Both the position numbers and the translations under genes were made by a program. A model generated the notes under the pieces. The model did no database searches, was not told the origin of the DNA, and saw nothing but the letters and a program-made list of their open reading frames with translations. 64,000 nucleotides of DNA from contig CAWBSM010000003.1 in the NCBI GenBank assembly GCA_963791455.1, positions 575,068 to 639,067 on the forward strand, given 5' to 3'. Below are positions 35,898 to 43,599 of the stretch, piece by piece. Numbering within the stretch: position 1 is the first letter of the stretch; each line of letters starts with the position of its first letter. This DNA comes from an uncultured Acidimicrobiaceae bacterium (lineage in GTDB: Bacteria > Actinomycetota > Acidimicrobiia > Acidimicrobiales > RAAP-2).

Positions 35898-37040
35898 ATG
35901 CTGCAAGAAGACGTCCAACTCATTTCGGTCGACGACCACGTGATCGAGCACGAACGGGTCTGGACCGACCGCCTGCCGGCACAATTCAAAGAGGCCGGAC
36001 CTCGTGTCGTCGAGCTCGACGGCGGGAACCAGGCGTGGTCCTTTGAAGGACGGATCGTCCCCACCATCGGGCTCAACGCGGTGGCGGGCAAGGACCCCAA
36101 GGACTTCGGGCTCGACCCGGTCCGCTTCGAGGACATGCTGCCCGGCTGCTACGACGTCAACGCCCGCCTGGTGGACATGGATGTCGACGGCATTTGGGCG
36201 CAGCTGTGCTTTCCGTCGTTTCCGGGCTTCGCCGGCGGCACGCTCTTCGGGGCGGAGGACAAGGAACTGGCCACCGCCTGCGTCCTCGCCTGGAACGACT
36301 TCATCCTCGACGAGTGGACCGCGGCGGCGCCCGAGCGGTTCATCCCGATGGTCCTCGTCCCGTTCTGGGACGTGGCGGCGTCGGTCGCCGAGGTGCAGCG
36401 GACCGCGGCCAAGGGGGCCAAGGCGATCACCTTCAGCGAGGCCCCGCACCGGCTCGGCCTCCCCTCCTTCCACAGCGACCATTGGGATCCCTTCCTGGCC
36501 GCGGCGCAGGACGCCGACATGCCTCTGTGCCTGCACTTCGGCAGCGGTGGCGCCCCCGAGGTCGCGGCGGACGCCAATTTCGCCGTCTCCATCGCGCTGT
36601 TCGGGATGAACTCACAGGCGACCACCATCGACCTGCTCTACTCGCCGGTGTTCCACAAGTTCCCCCGGCTGCGCGTCGCACTGTCCGAGGGCGGGATCGG
36701 CTGGATCCCCTACGTGCTCGAGCGGGCCGACTACACCTGGGAGCGGCACCGCTGGTACACGGGCATCAACACCGAGGTGCGCCCGTCCGATCTCTTCCGG
36801 GACCACGTCTTCGGCTGCTTCATCGCGGACAACGCGGGCATCGAGGAGCGCTCTCTGATCGGCGTAGACAACATCATGTTCGAGGGCGACTATCCCCACA
36901 GCGACAGCAACTTCCCGGCGTCGCGGGCAAAGTTGGCCGGCGTGCTCTCCGGCGTGCCCGACGACGAGGCCCGCAAGATCGCCGAGGACAACGCGCGACG
37001 CGTTTTCAACTTCCCCCGCGTTCGGGGGCGTTCGGGGTGA
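35898..37040 (+). CDS. amidohydrolase-2 (ACMSD-like metal-dependent hydrolase/decarboxylase) family protein
   Basis: Has [38 protein letters not shown] and EGDYPHSDS. Confidence 0.88.
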   Translation: MLQEDVQLISVDDHVIEHERVWTDRLPAQFKEAGPRVVELDGGNQAWSFEGRIVPTIGLNAVAGKDPKDFGLDPVRFEDMLPGCYDVNARLVDMDVDGIWAQLCFPSFPGFAGGTLFGAEDKELATACVLAWNDFILDEWTAAAPERFIPMVLVPFWDVAASVAEVQRTAAKGAKAITFSEAPHRLGLPSFHSDHWDPFLAAAQDADMPLCLHFGSGGAPEVAADANFAVSIALFGMNSQATTIDLLYSPVFHKFPRLRVALSEGGIGWIPYVLERADYTWERHRWYTGINTEVRPSDLFRDHVFGCFIADNAGIEERSLIGVDNIMFEGDYPHSDSNFPASRAKLAGVLSGVPDDEARKIAEDNARRVFNFPRVRGRSG

Positions 37041-38242
37041 TGCTGCCCTTCTCCGGTGTCCGGGTGCTGGAGGTGGCGGCGTGGACCTTTGTCCCCGCCG
37101 CCGGGGCGGCGATGGCCGATCTGGGGGCCGACGTCATCAAGGTTGAGCCGCCCGCCGGTGATCCCCAGCGCGGGCTCATGAACATGCTCGCCCTCGCCGG
37201 CGGCCCGCCCGTCAACCCCTTCGTAGAGATCCCGAACCGGGGGAAACGAGGCATCACGATCGATCTCTCCACGAGCGGTGGGCGAGCGCTCCTGCTCGAG
37301 ATTGCCGCCACGGCCGACGTCTTCCTGACCAGCTATCTCCCGGCGTCCCGCAAGAGGCTCGGGATCGAGCTGGCCGACCTCCGTGCGGCGAACCCGCAGA
37401 TCATCTACGCGTGCGGGCACGGGTGGGGCGCGAAGGGACCGATGGCCGACACCGGCGGCTTCGACCTCGCCTCGGGGTGGGCATCGGCCTCCATGGCATT
37501 CAAGATGTCGCGCGGTACGGACGAGCCGATGTTCCAACCAGCGGCCTTCTTCGACCTCCAAGGGGCCAACACGATCGCGGGCGCCATCGGCACCGCGCTG
37601 TTCCAGCGAGAGCGCAGCGGCGCCCCGACCGAGATCGACGTCTCCCTCTTGGGCGTCGGCATGTGGACCCTCAGCCCCGACCTTATGGCGGCCCCCTACA
37701 TCGGGTCGATCCGTGCCCCAAATCGGACCGCTGTCCCCAATCCGATCGTCAACTCGTACCCGACGGCGGACGATCGTTGGCTGTACCTGGTCTGCTTGCA
37801 GGCGGACCGCTTCTGGGGTGAGCTGTGCGAGGTGATCGGTCGCCCGGACCTCACAAAGGATGAGCGGTTCGCCGACATGTCGGCGCGGGCACAGAACGCC
37901 GAGACGTGCGTGGCCGAGCTCGAGGCGACGTTCCGCACGAAGACCCTCGCGCAGTGGAGGGAACAGCTGGACTCGTTCAGCGGTGTGTGGGCGCCTGTGC
38001 TGCACCCGGCCGAGGTGCACGACCAGGTGCAGGTCGCGGCCAACGGGTACCTCCCCGAGGTGACGTCAAACGATGGCACGGTCTTCCGCCTCCCGGCGCC
38101 CCCCATGCAATTCGGCGGGGTGGCCCCGGTCCCGCGCGGTCCCGCACCTGAGCACGGACAGCACACCGAGGAGATCTTGCTCGAGCTGGGCCGAGATTGG
38201 GAGGCCATCGGGGAGCTCCGGGCCTCCGGGGCCCTCGGCTAG
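37040..38242 (+). CDS. family III (CaiB/BaiF) CoA-transferase
   Basis: This is the last 400 codons of track ORF 36194..38242. ATG 37040 overlaps the upstream TGA. Sequence: [45 protein letters not shown]. Confidence 0.9.
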   Translation: MLPFSGVRVLEVAAWTFVPAAGAAMADLGADVIKVEPPAGDPQRGLMNMLALAGGPPVNPFVEIPNRGKRGITIDLSTSGGRALLLEIAATADVFLTSYLPASRKRLGIELADLRAANPQIIYACGHGWGAKGPMADTGGFDLASGWASASMAFKMSRGTDEPMFQPAAFFDLQGANTIAGAIGTALFQRERSGAPTEIDVSLLGVGMWTLSPDLMAAPYIGSIRAPNRTAVPNPIVNSYPTADDRWLYLVCLQADRFWGELCEVIGRPDLTKDERFADMSARAQNAETCVAELEATFRTKTLAQWREQLDSFSGVWAPVLHPAEVHDQVQVAANGYLPEVTSNDGTVFRLPAPPMQFGGVAPVPRGPAPEHGQHTEEILLELGRDWEAIGELRASGALG

Positions 38243-38282
38243 GAAGGGCGAGGACACCCGTCGCGCCTCGACGAATGGACGA

Positions 38283-38423
38283 ATGGGAGACGACATGATC
38301 GAGACGGGGCAGCTGGGGTCGGCCCGTCCCTCGGAGGAACAGGGTCCCGGCTGGGGCAACCCCTTCGACGGGATCGGTCGGCCGGACGCGTTCGGCGGAA
38401 ACAAGCGAGAGAGTGGGAGCTGA
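38283..38423 (+). CDS. possible 46-codon small ORF between the CoA-transferase and the SDR
   Basis: MGDDMIETGQLGSARPSEEQGPGWGNPFDGIGRPDAFGGNKRESGS. About 80% of third codon positions are G/C. It stops 3 nt before the SDR start. There is no homology evidence. Confidence 0.2.
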   Translation: MGDDMIETGQLGSARPSEEQGPGWGNPFDGIGRPDAFGGNKRESGS

Positions 38424-38426
38424 CCG

Positions 38427-39137
38427 ATGGGGCTTCTCGAGGGGAAGGTGGCGGTCGTCTCCGGTGCGTCGGCCGGGTCCGGGCTCGGCGTCGTCAGGCG
38501 ATTTCTCGACGAGGGCGCCAACGTGGTCATGCTGGCGCGCAACAAGGAGCGTTTGGAAGAGGTCGCGGGGGGATTGGGTGAACGCGCCATCCCCGTCGCC
38601 ACCGATGTCGGCGACTCCGAGAGCGTGCGCGCCGCTTTTGAAGAGGTGACGCGGCGGTTCGGCAAGCTCGACGTGTTGGTCAATCACGCCGCGGTCTACC
38701 GCCCGTGTGCGGTCGAGCATCTCAGCGACGACGACATCCAACGGCAGCTCGCCACCAATTTGCTCGGCCCGGTGTACATGTCGCGGGCCGCCATCCCGTT
38801 GCTGCGGGCGGCCGGCGGCGGCGACATCATCAACACGTCGAGCGAGTCGACACTGCACCCGTTTCCCATGCTCTCGATGTACGTGGCCAGCAAGGCCGCA
38901 CTCGAGGCGTTCGGTGTCGTCCTGGCCCAAGAGGTGCGCGACGACGACATCAGGGTCACCACCGTTGTCCAGGGGACAGCCCAAGGGGCCGGGGTCGGAT
39001 CGACCGACTGGGAGTGGGACCCGGACCACGCCGCCGCAGCCCTGCAGCGCTGGACCGAGCTCGGACTGATGAACCACGCCATGGGGCGCTACGGAGACAG
39101 GAGGTGGAGGCCATCGGCGACGTCCACCTCTTCATAG
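38427..39137 (+). CDS. SDR-family oxidoreductase, apparently frameshifted near its 3' end (intact reading would end at 39190)
   Basis: Has KVAVVSGASAGSGLG and YVASKAALEAF. After ...LMNHAMG the frame decays, while the -1 frame reads ALRRQEVEAIGDVHLFIVTRPRTQKLDVVYCRSF*, a typical SDR C-terminus. The switch is at the G4 run 39083..39086. Confidence 0.8.
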   Translation: MGLLEGKVAVVSGASAGSGLGVVRRFLDEGANVVMLARNKERLEEVAGGLGERAIPVATDVGDSESVRAAFEEVTRRFGKLDVLVNHAAVYRPCAVEHLSDDDIQRQLATNLLGPVYMSRAAIPLLRAAGGGDIINTSSESTLHPFPMLSMYVASKAALEAFGVVLAQEVRDDDIRVTTVVQGTAQGAGVGSTDWEWDPDHAAAALQRWTELGLMNHAMGRYGDRRWRPSATSTSS

Positions 39138-39221
39138 TCACCCGCCCGCGGACTCAGAAGTTGGACGTCGTGTACTGCCGTAGCTTTTGACCGAAGAGAA
39201 CGACCCGAACGAGAGGAGCGT

Positions 39222-40430
39222 ATGACCTCGACCCCGGCGGGCACCGACCTGTACTACGACCCCTACGATTTCGACATCGACGACGACCCGTACCCGGTTT
39301 GGAAGAGACTGCGTGACGAGGCGCCGCTCTATTACAACGAGCAGCACGACTTCTGGGCCCTCAGCCGGTTCGAGGACGTCCGGCGCGGCCTGGCCGACTG
39401 GAAGACCTACATCTCGGGGAAGGGGTCTGTCCTCGAGCTGATCAAGAGCGGGATGGAGATCCCGCCGGGCTCCATTCTCTTCGAGGACCCGCCCGCCCAC
39501 GACGAGCACCGGAGCCTCCTGAGCCGGGTCTTCACGCCGAGGGCGATGAACGCGATCGAGCCCGAGGTGCGTCGCTTCTGCGCCCGGACGCTCGACCCCC
39601 TGGTCGGCACCGGACACTTCGACTTCATCCACGACTTGGCCGCCGAGATGCCCATGCGCGTCATCGGCATGCTCTTGGGCATCCCCGAGGAGGACCAAGA
39701 GGCGATCCGGGACCGCCTCGACGCCACCTTGCGCCTCGAGGAAGGGAGCGCGCCCAACCAGCCCCAGGAGGGCCTCGGAGCCGTCGGTGGCGAGGGGTTC
39801 GCCGAGTACATCGAGTGGCGGGCCGAGCACCCATCCAACGACCTGATGACGAAGCTGATCCACGCGGAGTTCGTCGACACGACGGGCACTACCCGGACCC
39901 TGACCCGCGAGGAGATACTGGGCTACGTGGGCCTGCTGGCGGGAGCCGGCAACGAGACAACGACGCGGCTCATCGGCTGGGCCGGCAAGCTCCTGGCCGA
40001 GCACCCCGACCAGCGCCGCGAGCTCGCTGAGGACTCGAGCCTGATTCCCAGTGCCATCGAGGAGCTCCTGCGTTATGAGGCGCCCTCACCGGTCCAGGCG
40101 AGGTTCGTGACCAAGGACGTCGAGCATCACGGCCAGACCGTGCCGGCGGGGAGCGTGCTGGTGCTCATGAACGGCGCCGCCAACCGGGACGAGCGCACGT
40201 TCCCCGAACCGGACCGCTTCGACATCCACCGGACGTTCGACCAGCACCTCTCGTTCGGCTACGGCATCCACTTCTGTCTGGGCAGCCACCTGGCCCGCCT
40301 CGAAGGCCGCATCGCCCTCGAGGAGGTCCTGCAGCGGTTCCCCACCTGGGAGGTGGACTGGGACCATGCGGTCCAGGCCCACACGTCGACGGTGCGGGGA
40401 TGGGAGCGCCTGCCCGTCTCGGTGCCCTGA
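39222..40430 (+). CDS. cytochrome P450
   Basis: Has FGYGIHFCLGSHLAR (heme Cys loop), AGNETT (I-helix) and EELLRYE (ExxR). Confidence 0.95.
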   Translation: MTSTPAGTDLYYDPYDFDIDDDPYPVWKRLRDEAPLYYNEQHDFWALSRFEDVRRGLADWKTYISGKGSVLELIKSGMEIPPGSILFEDPPAHDEHRSLLSRVFTPRAMNAIEPEVRRFCARTLDPLVGTGHFDFIHDLAAEMPMRVIGMLLGIPEEDQEAIRDRLDATLRLEEGSAPNQPQEGLGAVGGEGFAEYIEWRAEHPSNDLMTKLIHAEFVDTTGTTRTLTREEILGYVGLLAGAGNETTTRLIGWAGKLLAEHPDQRRELAEDSSLIPSAIEELLRYEAPSPVQARFVTKDVEHHGQTVPAGSVLVLMNGAANRDERTFPEPDRFDIHRTFDQHLSFGYGIHFCLGSHLARLEGRIALEEVLQRFPTWEVDWDHAVQAHTSTVRGWERLPVSVP

Positions 40431-40470
40431 GCGATGGGAGTCGACGAAGGCCCTGCGCCGGCTGGGGAGA

Positions 40471-40482
40471 AGAGTTTCCTCT
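40471..40482. promoter_or_regulatory. AT-rich palindromic box (AGAGTTTCCTCT), instance h, followed by a second palindrome GAGAATTGTCTC (40501..40512)
   Basis: Read directly from the sequence, upstream of the promoter-like element of the solute-binding protein gene. Confidence 0.4.
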
Positions 40483-40548
40483 ATCTGTTGTCGAACCAGT
40501 GAGAATTGTCTCTGCCCTGCCAGCCCTTTCCCGAAATGTTGCGATATG

Positions 40549-40578
40549 TTGACGGTGGAAAGGAGCAAACGGTATACT
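40549..40578 (+). promoter_or_regulatory. sigma70/SigA-like promoter TTGACG-N18-TATACT
   Basis: Hexamers at 40549..40554 and 40573..40578, about 80 nt upstream of GTG 40659. The -10 is embedded in acggTATACTCTttt, which matches the recurrent box on the minus strand. Confidence 0.45.
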
Positions 40579-40658
40579 CTTTTCTGCCGCAGCCTCCGGG
40601 GGGCCTGCTGTGGCTGGACGAGCACATTCGCCGCCCCCTGAATCCCCGAGGAGGAAAA

Positions 40659-41939
40659 GTGCTGGTCAAGACAGGTGCGATGTGGCGGTCGGGGCGCGGG
40701 GTCGGGCGGACACTCTTGGCGGCAGGTGTCATGGCAACGGCCTCCCTGTCGGTGGCCGCAGTCGTCGGTGTCGGCGTCGGCGCCGCCGGGGCCAGTGGGC
40801 TCGGCAAGGCGCATCCGGCCACCTTGCCCGCAGTGACGATCGGCCTCATCAGCGACGGCGGTGGAGGCAGCTCCATCGGCACTGCGGCACTCGTCGAGCA
40901 GGGCGCCAAGGCGGCCGTCGCCTACCAGAACGAGTATGGCGGCGGCCTCGAGGGCCACAAGATCGACCTGTACGTCTGTGAGAACCAGTCGACGCCGGCC
41001 GGCGGTCAGACCTGTGCCAACGACATGGTCCAGAAGGGCGTCGTCGCCGTCGTCGAACCCTTCACCGGGCAGGGCCAGACCGAGGTGCCGACCATCACCG
41101 CCGCTGGCATCCCCTACATCACGATCAGCGGCGCGTCGACCGCCGAGCTCACCACGCCCGGTTCCTTCGCCATCGACGGCGGCTTCCCGGCCTATCTAGG
41201 TGCAGAAGCGCTGAGCGCCAAGCAGCACGGCTACACCAAGGTCGGGGTCCTGGTCGACAACGTGCCGGCGGCGATCCAGGGCGCAGAGGCGCTCGGCGGC
41301 ATCGTCTTCAAGGCGGCCGGGGTCGGCTTTCAGGTGGTCCCGGTGAACTCGGGAACCGCCGACATGAGCCCGCAGCTGCAGTCGGTCGTGTCGGGCGGCG
41401 CGGACGCGGTGGGCATGGTCGGCGACGTGACCTTCTGCAGCTCGTTCCTTCAGGCCTACAACACGCTCGGCCTCAAGTTGCCACGGTACGTGCTCTCGAC
41501 GTGCCAGGACCCGAGCATCCTCGACTCGGCCACGCTGGACAAGGCGCTCGCCGGCTCCTACATCACGACGACCACGCAGGCGTCAAAGGCCGAACTGGCG
41601 CTCTACGCGGCCCTCATCAAGAAGTACGACCCGAAGGCGAGCCCGAACCCCAACGTCAGCAGCAACCAGGCATCGGGCGTGACCCCGGTCCTCACCCTGG
41701 CGGCCATCATGAAGGGTTCGACGGAGCCGGTCACGGCCGCCGGGATCAAGACGCAGACCGAGACGGCGAAGAACGTGGTCGTCCCGCTCTCGGGCGGCCT
41801 CACCTTCACCTGCAACGGGACGGCCATCCCGCTGCTCAAGTCCGTGTGCTCGTCATCCGCCGCACTCGGCGTCATCCAGGCTGGCAAGGCCGGCAAGGTC
41901 ACCGCCATCAAGGTCTACAACCCGACACCGCTGTTCTAG
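40659..41939 (+). CDS. ABC transporter substrate-binding protein (LivJ/Peripla_BP_6-like)
   Basis: Track ORF 40506..41939. GTG 40659 sits behind gaggaggaaaa. It has a signal/TM segment LLAAGVMATASLSVAAVVGVGVG, then VTIGLISDGGG...VAVVEPFTGQG. Confidence 0.85.
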   Translation: MLVKTGAMWRSGRGVGRTLLAAGVMATASLSVAAVVGVGVGAAGASGLGKAHPATLPAVTIGLISDGGGGSSIGTAALVEQGAKAAVAYQNEYGGGLEGHKIDLYVCENQSTPAGGQTCANDMVQKGVVAVVEPFTGQGQTEVPTITAAGIPYITISGASTAELTTPGSFAIDGGFPAYLGAEALSAKQHGYTKVGVLVDNVPAAIQGAEALGGIVFKAAGVGFQVVPVNSGTADMSPQLQSVVSGGADAVGMVGDVTFCSSFLQAYNTLGLKLPRYVLSTCQDPSILDSATLDKALAGSYITTTTQASKAELALYAALIKKYDPKASPNPNVSSNQASGVTPVLTLAAIMKGSTEPVTAAGIKTQTETAKNVVVPLSGGLTFTCNGTAIPLLKSVCSSSAALGVIQAGKAGKVTAIKVYNPTPLF

Positions 41940-41953
41940 GGGGCGGGACGTTT

Positions 41954-41970
41954 GTCAGGCCGGCCCTGAC
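41954..41970 (+). terminator. hairpin after the substrate-binding protein gene
   Basis: GTCAGG-ccggc-CCTGAC, 15 nt after the stop. Confidence 0.4.
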
Positions 41971-42001
41971 GGAGTAAGGTACGTCGGGGAGGCCTTCGCC
42001 T

Positions 42002-42373
42002 GTGCCCACGCAAGAGCAGGACGTCATCGCCTGCTGCTCCTTCTGCCTCAAGCCCAACACCGAGGTGAAGGCGCTGGTGGCCGGGCCCGCCGTCTTCGTC
42101 TGTGACGGATGCGTCGACCTGTGCCGCCAGATCATCAGCGAGCTTCCCGAGGACCGGGCCGAACCGCGGCTGTTGCCCTGGGAGCAGACCGCATCGCTCG
42201 AGGCCGCCCTGGCCAACCTCCCGAACGTCGCCCGCGCCCAGGCCCAGGTCGAAGAGAGCCTGCTCGGCTGGGTGCGCCGGGCCCGCATGCTCGGGGCCAC
42301 CTGGGCCCAGGTCGGCGAGGCGCTGGGCATCACGCGCCAGTCGGCCTGGGAGCGTTTCGCCGCCGAGGAGTAG
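42002..42373 (+). CDS. stand-alone ClpX-type C4 zinc-finger protein with C-terminal HTH-like segment
   Basis: CSFC...[16 protein letters not shown] (the CxxC...CxxC ClpX zinc-binding pattern). The C-terminus is [26 protein letters not shown] start behind ggggagg. Confidence 0.8.
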   Translation: MPTQEQDVIACCSFCLKPNTEVKALVAGPAVFVCDGCVDLCRQIISELPEDRAEPRLLPWEQTASLEAALANLPNVARAQAQVEESLLGWVRRARMLGATWAQVGEALGITRQSAWERFAAEE

Positions 42374-42386
42374 CCGGAGCGTGCGG

Positions 42387-42848
42387 ATGACGACGGATGA
42401 CTGCTGGCGCGCCGTGCGCGCCGCGGATCACGGGGTCTTGTGCACGTCGAATCCGCGGCGGGTGATCGACGCCGTGCCGGTCTGCTTCGCGGTCGCCTCC
42501 CAGCTGATTGCGACCCCGGTGGACCGGGTGAAACCGAAGAGCACGACCGGGCTTCAACGGCTGCGGAACCTCGATCACGACGCCACTGCCACCCTTCTCT
42601 GCGAGCGCTGGGACCCCGACGACTGGTCCCGCCTGTGGTGGGTGCGGGCGCACCTGGTGCGCCGGCCGGACCACCACGTCACCGAGCGTCAGCGCGAGGA
42701 GGGTGCGCGGGCGCTACGTGAGAAGTACCCGCAGTACACCGACGCGGAGTTCGCCGACGTCGTATACCTCGACGTCAAGGCGCTCGTCGGGTGGTCCGCC
42801 GCGGCCGACCCCGGGGCAGAACCGGGCGGTGGCGTCAGCCTGAGGTGA
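42387..42848 (+). CDS. PPOX-class (pyridoxamine 5'-phosphate oxidase-like), probably F420-dependent protein
   Basis: This is the last 153 codons of track ORF 42102..42848. Sequence: MTTDDCWRAVRAADHGVLCTSNPRRVIDAVPVCFAV...SRLWWVRAHL. GTG 42381 is an alternative start. Confidence 0.7.
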   Translation: MTTDDCWRAVRAADHGVLCTSNPRRVIDAVPVCFAVASQLIATPVDRVKPKSTTGLQRLRNLDHDATATLLCERWDPDDWSRLWWVRAHLVRRPDHHVTERQREEGARALREKYPQYTDAEFADVVYLDVKALVGWSAAADPGAEPGGGVSLR

Positions 42849-43599
42849 CCGAGCCGCTCATGTAGGCCGACTCCACCTGCGAGGTGTCGGCCCGGAGCTC
42901 CTCGGCCGAGCCGGAGAGCACGATGCTGCCGTGGACAAGCACGAGGGCGTGGTCGGCCACCTCGAGCGCCAGCTGGATGTGCTGCTCCACCATGATCACC
43001 GACGCGCCGTGCTCGTCGGCCACCCGGCGGATGACGGGCATGAGGGCTTCGACGGCCACCGGGGCGAGCCCCAGGGACATCTCGTCGATGAGCAGCAGCT
43101 TGGGCGACTGCACGAGGGCGCGTGCGATGGCCAGCATCTGTTGCTCGCCGCCCGAGAGGTCGGCGACGCGCAGCTTCTGGCGGCGCGCCAGGGCGGGAAA
43201 CAGGTCGAGGACCGGACCGAGGTCGGCGCCGCGGGCCGCAGCCAGCTTGAGGTTCTGAACCGGCGTGAGTTCGGTGAACAGCGCGCGGGAGTCGGGGACG
43301 AGCACCATTCCGGACTGGTTCATGCGTCGGGGGGAGGAGCCCTTGACGGGTCGTCCGTTGACGGCGACCGTGCCGGCGCGGGGTGGCAGGAACCCCGCCA
43401 ACGTCATGAGCAGCGTCGTCTTGCCGGCGCCGTTGGGTCCCAGGATGGTGAGGACCTTTTTGGGAGCGAGGGTGAAGGTGATGTCGCGGGCCACGGTCAG
43501 CTTGCCGTAGCCGACGTCGAGGCCTTGGCACTCGAGGACCGGAGTGTCGCCCCCCGGCGCGTCGTCCGCCGGCGGCGCGCCGATGACGGCGTCGGTCAC
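42835..43599 (-). CDS. branched-chain amino acid ABC transporter ATP-binding protein (LivF-like)
   Basis: Track ORF 42835..43725. GTG 43599 overlaps the upstream stop (GTGA). Has [20 protein letters not shown] and LLLIDEMSLGLAP. Confidence 0.9.
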   Translation of the reverse strand: MTDAVIGAPPADDAPGGDTPVLECQGLDVGYGKLTVARDITFTLAPKKVLTILGPNGAGKTTLLMTLAGFLPPRAGTVAVNGRPVKGSSPRRMNQSGMVLVPDSRALFTELTPVQNLKLAAARGADLGPVLDLFPALARRQKLRVADLSGGEQQMLAIARALVQSPKLLLIDEMSLGLAPVAVEALMPVIRRVADEHGASVIMVEQHIQLALEVADHALVLVHGSIVLSGSAEELRADTSQVESAYMSGSVTSG

